Shown here piece by piece: positions 27,392-36,234 of a DNA stretch of 40,240 nucleotides. The first letter of the stretch is position 1. Every line of letters begins with the position of its first letter. The notes beneath the pieces are model-generated. The model saw only the letters and a list, made by a program, of their open reading frames with translations. It had not been told where the DNA came from and ran no database searches. The stretch comes from a virus (Duplodnaviria; Caudoviricetes): IMG/VR virus record IMGVR_UViG_3300037484_000669, positions 1 through 40,240 of that record. The stretch is one strand, 5' to 3'. A program made the translations under genes and the position numbers.

Positions 27392-28287
27392 TGGCCGTCG
27401 ACCTCGGTTTCGTGGTTCACTGCCGCGTTCCACGCTCGCGAGGCCGCCGATAGCAGCTCCGATGCCTGGGTGTCCGCGGCCGCGAATTGCGCCGCTCTGT
27501 TTTGGTTCGGTTTCTCGCCCTGCTCAGTGATTTGGCGCTCGAAGAATTCCGTCGGCGTCTCACAGAAAATCTTCTTTTTCAGCATCTTCTTGCCGGCCTC
27601 GGTCAGGTGCCACGCCCCGGATATTGAGCATCCCGACTCGAAAAACGCGGCCAGTACCTCTGTCGTGCCGGCAAACAGAACCTCGGCGAGTCGTAGGCGC
27701 TTTCCGCACACCGACAGCACGAGCAGGTCGAGCCCTATCCCGCTCCCGTCAGGCTCACCGTGGATTGACGACCCGGTGGGGCGCGCTGTCAATGGTCCGG
27801 AGCGGCGCTTACCCGTCACTACCCACCCGTGACAGCCACAGTCAGGGCAGGGCTCATCAGCTGCCCCCTGGACGTCGCCAATCTCGAGGTCCAGGAGCGA
27901 CAAGAACTCGGCTTGTTTTCTGGATACCTCCCGGTTGCGCTTGGACTGGCTCGGCACGAACCCACATCCACCGCGGTCAGGGGTCGGGTCTACTACCTCT
28001 ACCTCGTTTCCGAGCGCGTCGACTTCGGTGCGCGTGCCTTTGTTCTCGTACCCGCCACAACGGACGCAAGGGCGCGTCCCACGGCTCATTCTCTCGGAGT
28101 TTTCAAGGATACCGCCAAGTGGCGACCTGCTAAACGACTCGATGCCGCCGAGCCGAAAATACCGCTTCAGATCTGCCGCGTCGTCCGTCGCGATCGTGTC
28201 ACTGTAGTCCTCGTAGTAGCTCAGTAGCGATAGGGCGAGGTTCGGCTTGGCCGTGGCTTTTCGATGGCTTGACTGCGTCGTCTCCAT
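27388..28287 (-). CDS. Zn-finger protein, candidate late-gene regulator
   Basis: CVRCGG and CPDCGCHG (CxxCxxxG) motifs; position where Q-like regulators usually lie; AAAGGTGA RBS. Confidence 0.5.
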   Translation of the reverse strand: METTQSSHRKATAKPNLALSLLSYYEDYSDTIATDDAADLKRYFRLGGIESFSRSPLGGILENSERMSRGTRPCVRCGGYENKGTRTEVDALGNEVEVVDPTPDRGGCGFVPSQSKRNREVSRKQAEFLSLLDLEIGDVQGAADEPCPDCGCHGWVVTGKRRSGPLTARPTGSSIHGEPDGSGIGLDLLVLSVCGKRLRLAEVLFAGTTEVLAAFFESGCSISGAWHLTEAGKKMLKKKIFCETPTEFFERQITEQGEKPNQNRAAQFAAADTQASELLSAASRAWNAAVNHETEVDGQ

Positions 28288-28329
28288 GCGTCACCTTTCT
28301 GTTGTCGGACAGAGACGCTGGATTCGCTG

Positions 28330-28362
28330 AACCGCTTAGGAGTAGAGGCCTAGGCGGTTTTT
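28330..28362 (+). terminator. Intrinsic terminator oriented antisense to the genes
   Basis: AACCGCTTAGG/CCTAGGCGGTT stem (one G:U pair, valid only on the plus strand) running into TTTTT. Confidence 0.5.
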
Positions 28363-28410
28363 ATCGTTTCGGTCTGCACTATTTGGACTGTTGTCGCCGA
28401 GCGTTTCGGC

Positions 28411-28683
28411 TCACCCAGTCTCCCGCCCTCGACACGGCGGACCGCCCGGTGTCGCGATCTCGATGTCCACTCCGCGCCCAATGACCTCAAGCTGGTCCTG
28501 GTCGAACCAAATCGGTTCCTGAACTTTTCCTTTGTCTAGTTTCCTAGGCTGCACCGCGTAACGCGTGCAACCAGTGAGCCACACCGTCACCGCTGTCGCG
28601 ATACCACTGAATCCGGTCAGCTTGTCCTTCACCGCGCTTCCGAGTCGTATCGTCTGTCGCCCTATCAATGTCTGCTTTTTCAT
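28411..28683 (-). CDS. Conserved-type small phage protein (SH3-like beta fold)
   Basis: LGSAVKDKLTGFSGIATAVTVWLTGCTRYAVQP...WFD is a recurrent phage hypothetical pattern. Confidence 0.7.
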   Translation of the reverse strand: MKKQTLIGRQTIRLGSAVKDKLTGFSGIATAVTVWLTGCTRYAVQPRKLDKGKVQEPIWFDQDQLEVIGRGVDIEIATPGGPPCRGRETG

Positions 28684-28696
28684 AGTTTCCAACTTA

Positions 28697-28918
28697 TTAA
28701 CGTTCTTTTATGTTGATATCTCTACGTATAATCTCGAGCTTGTACTCGTTCGGCAGCAAACAAGGACCCGACAATATCTTTTGCAGTTGCTCGAGTAGCT
28801 CGCCCTTGTACTGCCTCGAAGGGACGTACCGTATCACGAACATCGGGCGCGACACGCGCTCAACAGCTCTCTTTCGCTCCAACTTCTTGTGCTGCCTTCG
28901 GTGCGTTAGGTGGGCCAT
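28697..28918 (-). CDS. Hypothetical protein
   Basis: 73 aa, TAATG-coupled. Confidence 0.55.
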   Translation of the reverse strand: MAHLTHRRQHKKLERKRAVERVSRPMFVIRYVPSRQYKGELLEQLQKILSGPCLLPNEYKLEIIRRDINIKER

Positions 28919-29169
28919 TATGTCTTATGATCCTGGATGAACCGTTCAACAGTGCGGCACATTGCTAGGATTTGCTCATACTCGTCGAGAGTACAGTCCA
29001 TAATGTGCCACACGTAGGGGTAGATTTTTCTTTGACTGGCTACCGGGTAATGGCCAACTGCTTCGATGTAAGCAAAATTACCAGCTGGCGATTTTGCAGC
29101 GGAAACCTTCATTTCATTGAAATCCGGCAGCTCGCACTCGTTCCACGGTAACGTTGACAGGTCGATCAT
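28918..29169 (-). CDS. Hypothetical protein
   Basis: 83 aa, ATGA-coupled. Confidence 0.55.
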   Translation of the reverse strand: MIDLSTLPWNECELPDFNEMKVSAAKSPAGNFAYIEAVGHYPVASQRKIYPYVWHIMDCTLDEYEQILAMCRTVERFIQDHKT

Positions 29170-29360
29170 TCGCTCACTGTGATCCTTATTGCCGTAACCT
29201 GTTTCGTTCCTGGAAATCGATCCATTAGGTCCGCACCTACCTCCCGGATCACATACTCGACCTTTGCCTTTTCCTTCGTGGTCCCGATCGCTTCCGCGAA
29301 CATCTCGACCGCGTTATCCAGTGAAATCTCGAACGTTTTCTTTGTTGATATGAACTTCAT
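29166..29360 (-). CDS. Hypothetical protein
   Basis: 64 aa, coupled to the downstream gene. Confidence 0.55.
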   Translation of the reverse strand: MKFISTKKTFEISLDNAVEMFAEAIGTTKEKAKVEYVIREVGADLMDRFPGTKQVTAIRITVSE

Positions 29361-29393
29361 TTGACTCTTTCAGTCTCCACGGCTGACACTTCG

Positions 29394-29576
29394 TTAGCAT
29401 TTACTCAACCGTTTAAGCCGCCACGGTTTGCACCGCGATGCGCCTTCGATTAGCTCCAGCCTACGCTCAGCCCTACACGCTTTATGCTCGCCGCGATGAC
29501 CGTCCGCTTGCGTTCTGTCGACCTGGAAACAGGTAATCGGCCACCAACCTCCGCATTTTCCGGTACAACGCTTCAT
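29394..29576 (-). CDS. Small Zn-finger-like protein
   Basis: MKRCTGKC...F...DGHRGEHKAC, a variant of the KxCxxC...F...DG....CKxC module. Confidence 0.55.
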   Translation of the reverse strand: MKRCTGKCGGWWPITCFQVDRTQADGHRGEHKACRAERRLELIEGASRCKPWRLKRLSKC

Positions 29577-29629
29577 TCGCTAGGGACTCGGCACCATGCG
29601 CGGGATGAAGTTGGTTGAGCCCGTGGTTT

Positions 29630-29830
29630 TCACGCTCGAATCTCTCCACGTTGTCGCATTCTACAGACGATTCCTTGTGCTGAAAGCGCCGCTATCAACC
29701 TATCTGGTATGCCACTCAAAAAGCGCAAATCTTGGTGAAGCTCAGAGTGGCATAGTCGACGGTATGGCGCAACGGTATCGATCCACGTTTGCCACGTCTC
29801 TACCGAGTCGGAGTGGAGCGGGTAGATCAT
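29630..29830 (-). CDS. Hypothetical protein
   Basis: ATGA overlap with the DnaC-like stop. Confidence 0.45.
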   Translation of the reverse strand: MIYPLHSDSVETWQTWIDTVAPYRRLCHSELHQDLRFLSGIPDRLIAALSAQGIVCRMRQRGEIRA

Positions 29831-30543
29831 GGCGATCCCCAACAGTCGATGATCTCGCCCATCTTTCCGTTGCGCTGTACTAGGCGGCGCAAGATTGCGT
29901 CCCCGCAGTGGGTCAATAGTTGTCCGGTGCTAAACCCAGTCGTTGCGATTACCGGTAACTCACGTTCGTATCGCGACTGCAAGACGTCGAACATTGTCGA
30001 CTGCCACGTTGATTCGTTACCAATGTCGTCGAGTATCAGCAGGTCGCACGTTGACGCCTGTCGAATCTCCGGACACGTCCCGGACCCAAGCGACCACGCT
30101 CGCGCCGCGCCCATTAGCGTCGATGCGTCGTACCAGCGAATACGTTTCCACTGACGGTACTCCGCCTCGCGACCTCGCGACATGAGCCGGATTAGTATCA
30201 AAGCAGCCAAAGAAGTCTTGGCGTAGTCGGTTGGTGCGCACATAACCAAACACGGATCGCCCCAATCCCACGCCTGCGCCGCACTGACCAGACGCTTGTC
30301 CTTAGCGCGAGAGATTAGCTCCGCCGGGGTCTTGCGGCAGAACTTGGGGATCTTCCGCCACAGTTCGCGCCTAGCTTCGGCAACAGCATCATGGTCAATC
30401 TGTTTGATTTGAACCGTATCGGTTTCACGGACCAGTCGTAGGCGTCCGATTGCCGCCGATGCGCGCTCCGGTGTTGAGACACCCGAGGCTTCGTACTGAG
30501 CCCGTTTACGCTCAAATTCTTTCACCAAATCACTTTCCGTCAT
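29827..30543 (-). CDS. DnaC/IstB-like helicase loader ATPase
   Basis: Walker B DLLILDDIG, RYERELPVIATTG, GDAILRRL; degenerate Walker A APTDYAKT; follows the initiator. Confidence 0.85.
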   Translation of the reverse strand: MTESDLVKEFERKRAQYEASGVSTPERASAAIGRLRLVRETDTVQIKQIDHDAVAEARRELWRKIPKFCRKTPAELISRAKDKRLVSAAQAWDWGDPCLVMCAPTDYAKTSLAALILIRLMSRGREAEYRQWKRIRWYDASTLMGAARAWSLGSGTCPEIRQASTCDLLILDDIGNESTWQSTMFDVLQSRYERELPVIATTGFSTGQLLTHCGDAILRRLVQRNGKMGEIIDCWGSP

Positions 30544-31486
30544 TCGCGTTCGCTCCCTTCGCTGCGGCTAGAAACTGTTCACCGAACCCGCCTTTGGCGT
30601 TCGGTTGTCTCGGGTTTTTTACGCCCTTCGGTCTCGGTGGATCGCGGGCTAATGCCATTAGCCGCTCGCGGGTATCCGCGGTTTTGAACAGGTGCGAAGC
30701 CGATAGGTTCTGCGACTGCGCCCACTCGTCGAGCTTCGCACCCGCCATAACAAGCCGAATTTGCTCTTCGGTGAGACCATCTTCCGCGACAAGCCGCTGA
30801 AACAAGTCCTGTCTTTGGCGGTCCCACTGCGCGTTAGGGCGGTTTGCCTCGACGCGGTAGACATCGAAAAGCTTCCGGGCCTGGTCGGAGTTCTCGAGTT
30901 GTCGGCGAAGTGGGTCGGATGGTTTCTGCTTCGGCCTTTCGGTTGAAACCGGCGAGGTCTCTTGCGCAAACTCACTCGCGCTGGTCGTTGGTCGTTGGTC
31001 GTTGGTCGTTGGTCGTTGGTCGTTGGTCGTTGGTCGTTGGTCGTTGGTCGTTGGTCGTTGGTCGTTGGTCGTTGGTCGTAGATCAGGCGAGAGACTCGCA
31101 AGAGGAACGCAAGAGGGTTTCCAGAGATCCTCTGGAGGTACCGGAACTAGCGGTTTTCCTGGGTGATTTACCTTCTGGTGCTCCTTCCATTTGCGAATCG
31201 TGAAGTAGTGCTGACCATTTACCTCGTAGACCCCGACGAATCGGATCTTGAGAACCTCTTCAAGCGCTTCAGCGAAGCGTGTGTAGCTCCTCAAGAGGTC
31301 TTCTGGAGAATCGCTAGAGGGCGGGAAGACTCTCCCGGACAGGTTGGCCTTGTGGCACCTTCCGTTGCCATAGTCGTCAGCCATCAGGATAAGCGCGATT
31401 GACAAGACGCGTGCATCGCTCGATGCGGCCGACATCAGTTCGTCTTCTAGCCATTCCGGTTTGATGCTTCGGATTCTTCCTGACAT
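30530..31486 (-). CDS. Phage replication initiator
   Basis: N-terminal RIRSIKPEW...LILMADDYG...WKEHQK family pattern, low-complexity linker, helical C-domain; paired with the DnaC-like gene. Confidence 0.85.
   Translation of the reverse strand: MSGRIRSIKPEWLEDELMSAASSDARVLSIALILMADDYGNGRCHKANLSGRVFPPSSDSPEDLLRSYTRFAEALEEVLKIRFVGVYEVNGQHYFTIRKWKEHQKVNHPGKPLVPVPPEDLWKPSCVPLASLSPDLRPTTNDQRPTTNDQRPTTNDQRPTTNDQRPTTSASEFAQETSPVSTERPKQKPSDPLRRQLENSDQARKLFDVYRVEANRPNAQWDRQRQDLFQRLVAEDGLTEEQIRLVMAGAKLDEWAQSQNLSASHLFKTADTRERLMALARDPPRPKGVKNPRQPNAKGGFGEQFLAAAKGANANDGK
30982..31079. repeat. Perfect tandem repeat (TGGTCGT) x14 within the initiator gene
   Basis: 98 bp, counted directly; encodes PTTNDQR repeats. 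Confidence 0.97.
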
Positions 31487-31827
31487 TACTTACGCATCGC
31501 TTTCTTCAGCGCGCCGCCAAGCTTCCGCCACAGCCTCGACCTTCTATCACTCGTCGTCGCCTCGCAGTCGTTGGCTACCTCGCTTCGAATTCTCACCTGG
31601 TTAGCAGCGATATTGGTGAGGCTTTGCAGCAGGTGGATAACGCGCCGCGCCTCCGGAACCTCCATCGGAACAGTACGCTCCTTCGTTCGTAGATAAACCA
31701 GTCCGTGGACAGACACCGACAGGTGACCAATTGGCGTTTCGATTTCACAACCAACCATACCTTGCATGATCAGGCGCTCGGCGCGGGTGTGGTCGAGTTC
31801 GGTTAGGGGGAGGGTGTGGATGGTCAT
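31486..31827 (-). CDS. Hypothetical protein
   Basis: ATGA and TAATG coupling on both sides; GAGGTG RBS. Confidence 0.55.
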   Translation of the reverse strand: MTIHTLPLTELDHTRAERLIMQGMVGCEIETPIGHLSVSVHGLVYLRTKERTVPMEVPEARRVIHLLQSLTNIAANQVRIRSEVANDCEATTSDRRSRLWRKLGGALKKAMRK

Positions 31828-32333
31828 CCCGTCCACACCTCGATGTAAACGAAGCCTTTTTCGCGTTTGGACGGCTCCCAATGTTGGTTTAGATCCACGT
31901 GTTTTCCGCTATCCTCTTGGATAAACCCAAGTCCACGCACCTTGGTAACAATTACCCGCTTGCCGATTTTGTTCCGCTTCTGTCGCCACATGCGCAACAT
32001 GTCGACTGCCGCTTTCGCCCAATCGGCAAATGGGTCTGTTTCGTTCGACGAAAACCGCACACAAATAACCTGTGGGCGTACGGAAACCGGTCCGTCCTGT
32101 AAACCACCGGCTTGCGCGAGCATGGTCGACCAGATCTCTTGCTTTTCCTTGCCGAGTTCCCATGATTTACCATGTCTAGTAGTGTTGGTCGTCTTACAGA
32201 GCGAAGTCGACAGGACGAACCTAGCGACCCGATCCCCACGTGGAACGGGTCGCTTTATCCAAGGCTCCGCCGGCGGAGACGAGAGAATCGACTCCGCGCG
32301 TTCAAGCAACTCGAACCGGTTCAGTAGCGTCAT
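31824..32333 (-). CDS. RusA-like Holliday junction resolvase
   Basis: TTN...RH, DPFADWAKAAVDML, GFIQEDS approximate the RusA D..N..K...D.L...DD pattern. Confidence 0.65.
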   Translation of the reverse strand: MTLLNRFELLERAESILSSPPAEPWIKRPVPRGDRVARFVLSTSLCKTTNTTRHGKSWELGKEKQEIWSTMLAQAGGLQDGPVSVRPQVICVRFSSNETDPFADWAKAAVDMLRMWRQKRNKIGKRVIVTKVRGLGFIQEDSGKHVDLNQHWEPSKREKGFVYIEVWTG

Positions 32334-32782
32334 GCTGCCGAGTCTTCAGATCCCATGTCGCCGTCGAATTCGTCTTCTAGGTTACCGTCAAAATCTAGTT
32401 CCTTTTGACGTTCCGTGGATGACATTGGACGAGTCCCAATTATCTCTCCGGTGTCCAATCGCACCTCGCGAACCTCACCAGCATCGAAGTCCAATACCTT
32501 CTCGCACTTCACCAAGCGGAGCTCTTTGTGCTCGCGAACCTTGGTGCTGGTGCTTTGGATATCGCGTTTGATGTCCTCAATCTTACCGTTCCAAGCCTTT
32601 TTTATGCTCGCGAACTCCGAATTTGTAGATGACTCACGATCGATGAGTTGCGCCAATGAATCGGCATAATTTGCGACCTCTTCTCTTGTAAGGTTACAAA
32701 TCAAGTCCTTCGTCATTTTGAGCTTCTTGACGCGTTCTGGACTGGTTTTAGTTTGCTCACTCTGCTTGTTTGCTTTCGCCAT
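32330..32782 (-). CDS. Conserved phage coiled-coil protein
   Basis: LTREE...coiled coil...VKC....D......RLDTGEII..RPM...ERQ, a recurrent phage family pattern. Confidence 0.7.
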   Translation of the reverse strand: MAKANKQSEQTKTSPERVKKLKMTKDLICNLTREEVANYADSLAQLIDRESSTNSEFASIKKAWNGKIEDIKRDIQSTSTKVREHKELRLVKCEKVLDFDAGEVREVRLDTGEIIGTRPMSSTERQKELDFDGNLEDEFDGDMGSEDSAA

Positions 32783-33745
32783 TTATTCTTCCTCCGCGGT
32801 GTCTGCCGCTAGTATCTCAATCATCACAACGCGCCTCGCCTCGCGTTTGCACGCTTTGGTGACCGCATCAAAGTTTTCGCATTCTTCGACGTCTACCGTC
32901 GGAACTCCGAATCCGGCGCACAACCGTTCTGAAAGCGCGCGCTTCTGTTGGCTCGTCGGAGCCGGGACCTCGATAACCTCTTCGAAGCGTCGCTTTAGCG
33001 CCGAATCGAGTATGTCCGGGCGGTTAGTTGTCGCGATGATGATCCCAGTAGTTGAACGGTCTAGAGTCGTAAGCAACACGTTGACCGAATTATTCAACTC
33101 CTTGTCTGCCGCTCCGGTTCCGAACGCGGACCGCGACGAACCAATAGCATCGATCTCATCGAGAACCGTGACCCCGCGACTGGGAATCGATTCGAACAGC
33201 GCTTGCATGTTACGGCCTGTTTCGCCGAGGTATTTCCCAACAACCTGAGAAATGTCCACACCGTAGCAGGGGACGCTGAGCTGTTTTGCGATAGCGACTG
33301 CGCTCGACGTTTTACCGTTTCCAGGTGGACCATGGAGTAGGATTCGGTCTCTAGGTCGTAGCCCGCGCTCCGCAAGTTCGGAACGAAATTCCAACTCAGT
33401 AACAATCTCGTCGAAAACAGCTTGCGTATCAGCCGGAAGCAACAGATCGGCAAACGCCGGACCGTCAAGTAACCGCAACATGTTGTTGACCGGTTTCGGT
33501 GGCAACTGTTGCAGTTGCTGATCTTGCCGTGAGCGAGCCGCCGGGTATTGTTCGCGCGAAGATTGGCGTCTTCTTATGTCCGCTTTAGCCCGGCCTTCTC
33601 GGATAATCCTATCGAGTTCGTCCCGAAACGAAGATATTTTGGCGCCGCGTGAAAGTACCGACGCAGCCGACGCGAACGCTGATTCGTCCTGCTCGTAGTG
33701 GGCACGGGCCAGTTGGATGATGTTTGCGTATGCGCTCATGGTCAC
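32783..33745 (-). CDS. Classic-clade AAA ATPase (IetA-like N-terminus)
   Basis: Walker A HGPPGNGKT, Walker B LDEID, SRH ATTNRPDILDSALKRRF. Confidence 0.9.
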   Translation of the reverse strand: MTMSAYANIIQLARAHYEQDESAFASAASVLSRGAKISSFRDELDRIIREGRAKADIRRRQSSREQYPAARSRQDQQLQQLPPKPVNNMLRLLDGPAFADLLLPADTQAVFDEIVTELEFRSELAERGLRPRDRILLHGPPGNGKTSSAVAIAKQLSVPCYGVDISQVVGKYLGETGRNMQALFESIPSRGVTVLDEIDAIGSSRSAFGTGAADKELNNSVNVLLTTLDRSTTGIIIATTNRPDILDSALKRRFEEVIEVPAPTSQQKRALSERLCAGFGVPTVDVEECENFDAVTKACKREARRVVMIEILAADTAEEE

Positions 33746-34629
33746 TCCGCGGCTTGCGCCGCTCTTTCGTTGCGTTTGCGTCCGTTTGCCATCGCTAAGA
33801 TCTCACCGACGAGCCCACGTTTTTTGCCGTCGGAATTCACACGACGCGGCGACTCGAGTCGAATAACGCGCGTTTCCGGGATGTTTTCGTAGATGATTCT
33901 CGACACCGGAATGTCTGAATTCGACGCGTAAGCATGAACATTGTTGCCGACGAGTTCCGCGAATACCGATGCAACTCGCAGCTGGTCGGCATAGGTAAAT
34001 CCATCGCTTGTGTAGCTCGTGAAGTTCGCGGTTTTAGAAACCGGGAAGTATGGCGGGTCTAGATAAACCACATCACCGCGCACGCTAAGCGTGGCGATAT
34101 CGAAGTCCGATGTGATGAGCTTCGCGCACTGAAGCGCCTTAGAAACCGCCTCTATATTGGCGTAATCCGGTACCCATTTAGTTTTTCCGTTCCAGGGGAC
34201 ATTGAATCCGCCGGAGGAATTCACGCGATATAGACCATTGAAACACGTCTTGTTCAGAAATAACGTTCGCGCGGCCCGTCCGGTTTCCGTGGTCGGTTTT
34301 GATTCTCGAACATGTAGGTACATGTCATTGTCGATGGTACTTGGGCACAGAAGTTTGATGTCCATCATCACGCCGATTGGATCGGTTTTGATCGCGCGGT
34401 ACATCGACATTAGCTCGCCGTTGCAATCGGACAGAACAGCGCGTTTGATGCGACCAGCTCGATGGAGCGCGAAGAACACCGCTCCGCCACCGAAGAACGG
34501 CTCGTGGTAGGCGCCGAACTCCTCCGGCATTTCAGCGATGATTTCGCGTTCTGAGAACGCTTTTCCACCAACCCATTTGACAACTGGGCGAGGCAACTCG
34601 AATGTCTTAGTTTTCACTTTTACTCCCAC
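33742..34629 (-). CDS. dam: DNA adenine methyltransferase (Dam/D12 class)
   Basis: KWVGGK, EPFFGGGAVFF, FNGLYRVN..G.FNVP, YLDPPY. Confidence 0.95.
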   Translation of the reverse strand: MGVKVKTKTFELPRPVVKWVGGKAFSEREIIAEMPEEFGAYHEPFFGGGAVFFALHRAGRIKRAVLSDCNGELMSMYRAIKTDPIGVMMDIKLLCPSTIDNDMYLHVRESKPTTETGRAARTLFLNKTCFNGLYRVNSSGGFNVPWNGKTKWVPDYANIEAVSKALQCAKLITSDFDIATLSVRGDVVYLDPPYFPVSKTANFTSYTSDGFTYADQLRVASVFAELVGNNVHAYASNSDIPVSRIIYENIPETRVIRLESPRRVNSDGKKRGLVGEILAMANGRKRNERAAQAAE

Positions 34630-34991
34630 ACTTTTCTGTCAACTACTTCACCCGGTCGCATGCAATCCGGTACACGCTGGTTCCCGATCAACGTGTCACC
34701 ATACCAATCGCATTTGCGCAGCAATCCGCGGTGGGATTTCTTGTCGACCAGGTTCTCGCATCTCCAGCCGTACCCAAGGCAATTGTTATAGCCGCGCTCC
34801 TGGATGCTATTCCGGTCAACCTCGCCGCGTAGTATCGGAAGGCTTCGGTTCGTTTTGTCGTGCACTGAGTGGCGTTTTCCGCCTAGGCCATCCCATTTAG
34901 CGCGTAACTGACGACGCTCGAGCGAAGTCAGTGCAGCGACACTATTGCCAGCAGTGAGGCCGCGACAACTGCGGTAGGTTGGCGCGTTCAT
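34620..34991 (-). CDS. Hypothetical protein
   Basis: ATGA-coupled chain member. Confidence 0.45.
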   Translation of the reverse strand: MNAPTYRSCRGLTAGNSVAALTSLERRQLRAKWDGLGGKRHSVHDKTNRSLPILRGEVDRNSIQERGYNNCLGYGWRCENLVDKKSHRGLLRKCDWYGDTLIGNQRVPDCMRPGEVVDRKVWE

Positions 34992-35347
34992 GGTCGTCCC
35001 TTTTGGTGCGCCCATAACAGAAAATCAATTCTCAACCCGGCGCGCGCGGCCTCTGGTTGACCGAGATCAGATAGCCACGGAGTGTTATAGACACCGGGAC
35101 GAATCGCGTAATAGGCGCGTTTTATGTGGTCAAAAGCGTGGTTCGCATGGCACCACTGCGATTGGTTGCGCCAGGGTTCGTCGGCGTATTTGGCCGGCCT
35201 GGCGTTATTGACGGCAATTCGGGCCAACACACCATCAGTAATCGCGTCCACAGTGTCATCGCATGGCGATTTCCCGCTGTGCGGATCGGGGCCCATCATG
35301 AGCTTTATGGCGTTCCGTAGAAGTTCTCGGTTTTTGATTTGGTTCAT
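34988..35347 (-). CDS. Hypothetical protein (possible dATP/dGTP diphosphohydrolase-like helical fold)
   Basis: KYADEPWR...HAFDHI pattern; GGAG RBS; ATGA-coupled. Confidence 0.5.
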   Translation of the reverse strand: MNQIKNRELLRNAIKLMMGPDPHSGKSPCDDTVDAITDGVLARIAVNNARPAKYADEPWRNQSQWCHANHAFDHIKRAYYAIRPGVYNTPWLSDLGQPEAARAGLRIDFLLWAHQKGRP

Positions 35348-35544
35348 GGCGCATCTCCGTAGGCACAGGCCAGTGCAATCGGGGTCCCTGGTGATGAGGG
35401 CCCCGTCTCTGGTTGTGCGCTGGGCGAAATTCGCTCGGAGCACCCACAACAAGGACAGTATCCGTAATCACACTCGGGACGCATCGGGTGCTTGTAGTCG
35501 GGGCAATCGGTGCGTAGGCAAAAGTCAGTGGCAGGGGCGGTCAC
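35344..35544 (-). CDS. Small Cys-rich protein
   Basis: 66 aa with C..C and CPCCGC clusters; GTGA-coupled. Confidence 0.45.
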   Translation of the reverse strand: MTAPATDFCLRTDCPDYKHPMRPECDYGYCPCCGCSERISPSAQPETGPSSPGTPIALACAYGDAP

Positions 35545-35699
35545 GGTTTCACCGCCTTACACCGCTTATTTACGTCGTCCGCGCTAATAACTCGACCGCA
35601 AGATGTGCAGAAATATTCAGCCGAAATAGATGCTCCGCGGCGCTTCACAACGGTGTGCGTACGCGGGCGTTTTGATACGAATGAACGCTTGGCTGTCAC
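35541..35699 (-). CDS. Small Zn-binding-like protein
   Basis: H...CTSC...C; GTGA-coupled. Confidence 0.45.
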   Translation of the reverse strand: MTAKRSFVSKRPRTHTVVKRRGASISAEYFCTSCGRVISADDVNKRCKAVKP

Positions 35700-35971
35700 T
35701 TGCCACCGCCAATCGATTCGATTTTGATACTCGAGCCAGCAAAGTGGTCGCAATCTGTTTTCTTCGCATGTTCTACGCACGCTTCGGCAAGCTCGGCACT
35801 GTCAGCGTCAGGGCACTGCTTCCGGAATCTTCGGTATAACTCGCTCGAAACGACGACAGCGAATAGAGGCTCCGGGAAACCCGCATCGAACACCGCGTCT
35901 CGCTCATCAACAACAATGAAATCGAATCTACCTGTGATCAGGTCGGAGACGATAAGCTTCGGTCCGCTCAC
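35696..35971 (-). CDS. Hypothetical protein
   Basis: 91 aa, GTGA-coupled. Confidence 0.5.
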   Translation of the reverse strand: MSGPKLIVSDLITGRFDFIVVDERDAVFDAGFPEPLFAVVVSSELYRRFRKQCPDADSAELAEACVEHAKKTDCDHFAGSSIKIESIGGGK

Positions 35972-36234
35972 TTGGACACCGCCTTTCGCGCGTCGTCAAC
36001 AATGTCGTGAAGCGTTTGCGTGTCGTATCCGTTTTCTGCGCATGTAATTAGGCTGCGGATTACTTTTTCACACGCAAGCAACGAGCGGTTGTGGGCGTTC
36101 AATTGGTCGATAACCTCAATCAACCGACCGTTACCTGACGCTGTCACACCATCACGAATTCCCTGCTCACGCTCGGCGGCTAGAAGCCTGGAGATGTAAC
36201 CGGAAAAACTAGTGAGGCTATCAGCGGCGTTCAC
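35968..36234 (-). CDS. Hypothetical protein
   Basis: 88 aa, GTGA-coupled. Confidence 0.5.
   Translation of the reverse strand: MNAADSLTSFSGYISRLLAAEREQGIRDGVTASGNGRLIEVIDQLNAHNRSLLACEKVIRSLITCAENGYDTQTLHDIVDDARKAVSK

Noticed and set aside
30982-31079. CRISPR array
   Set aside because: Contiguous 7-mers with no spacers; no cas genes.
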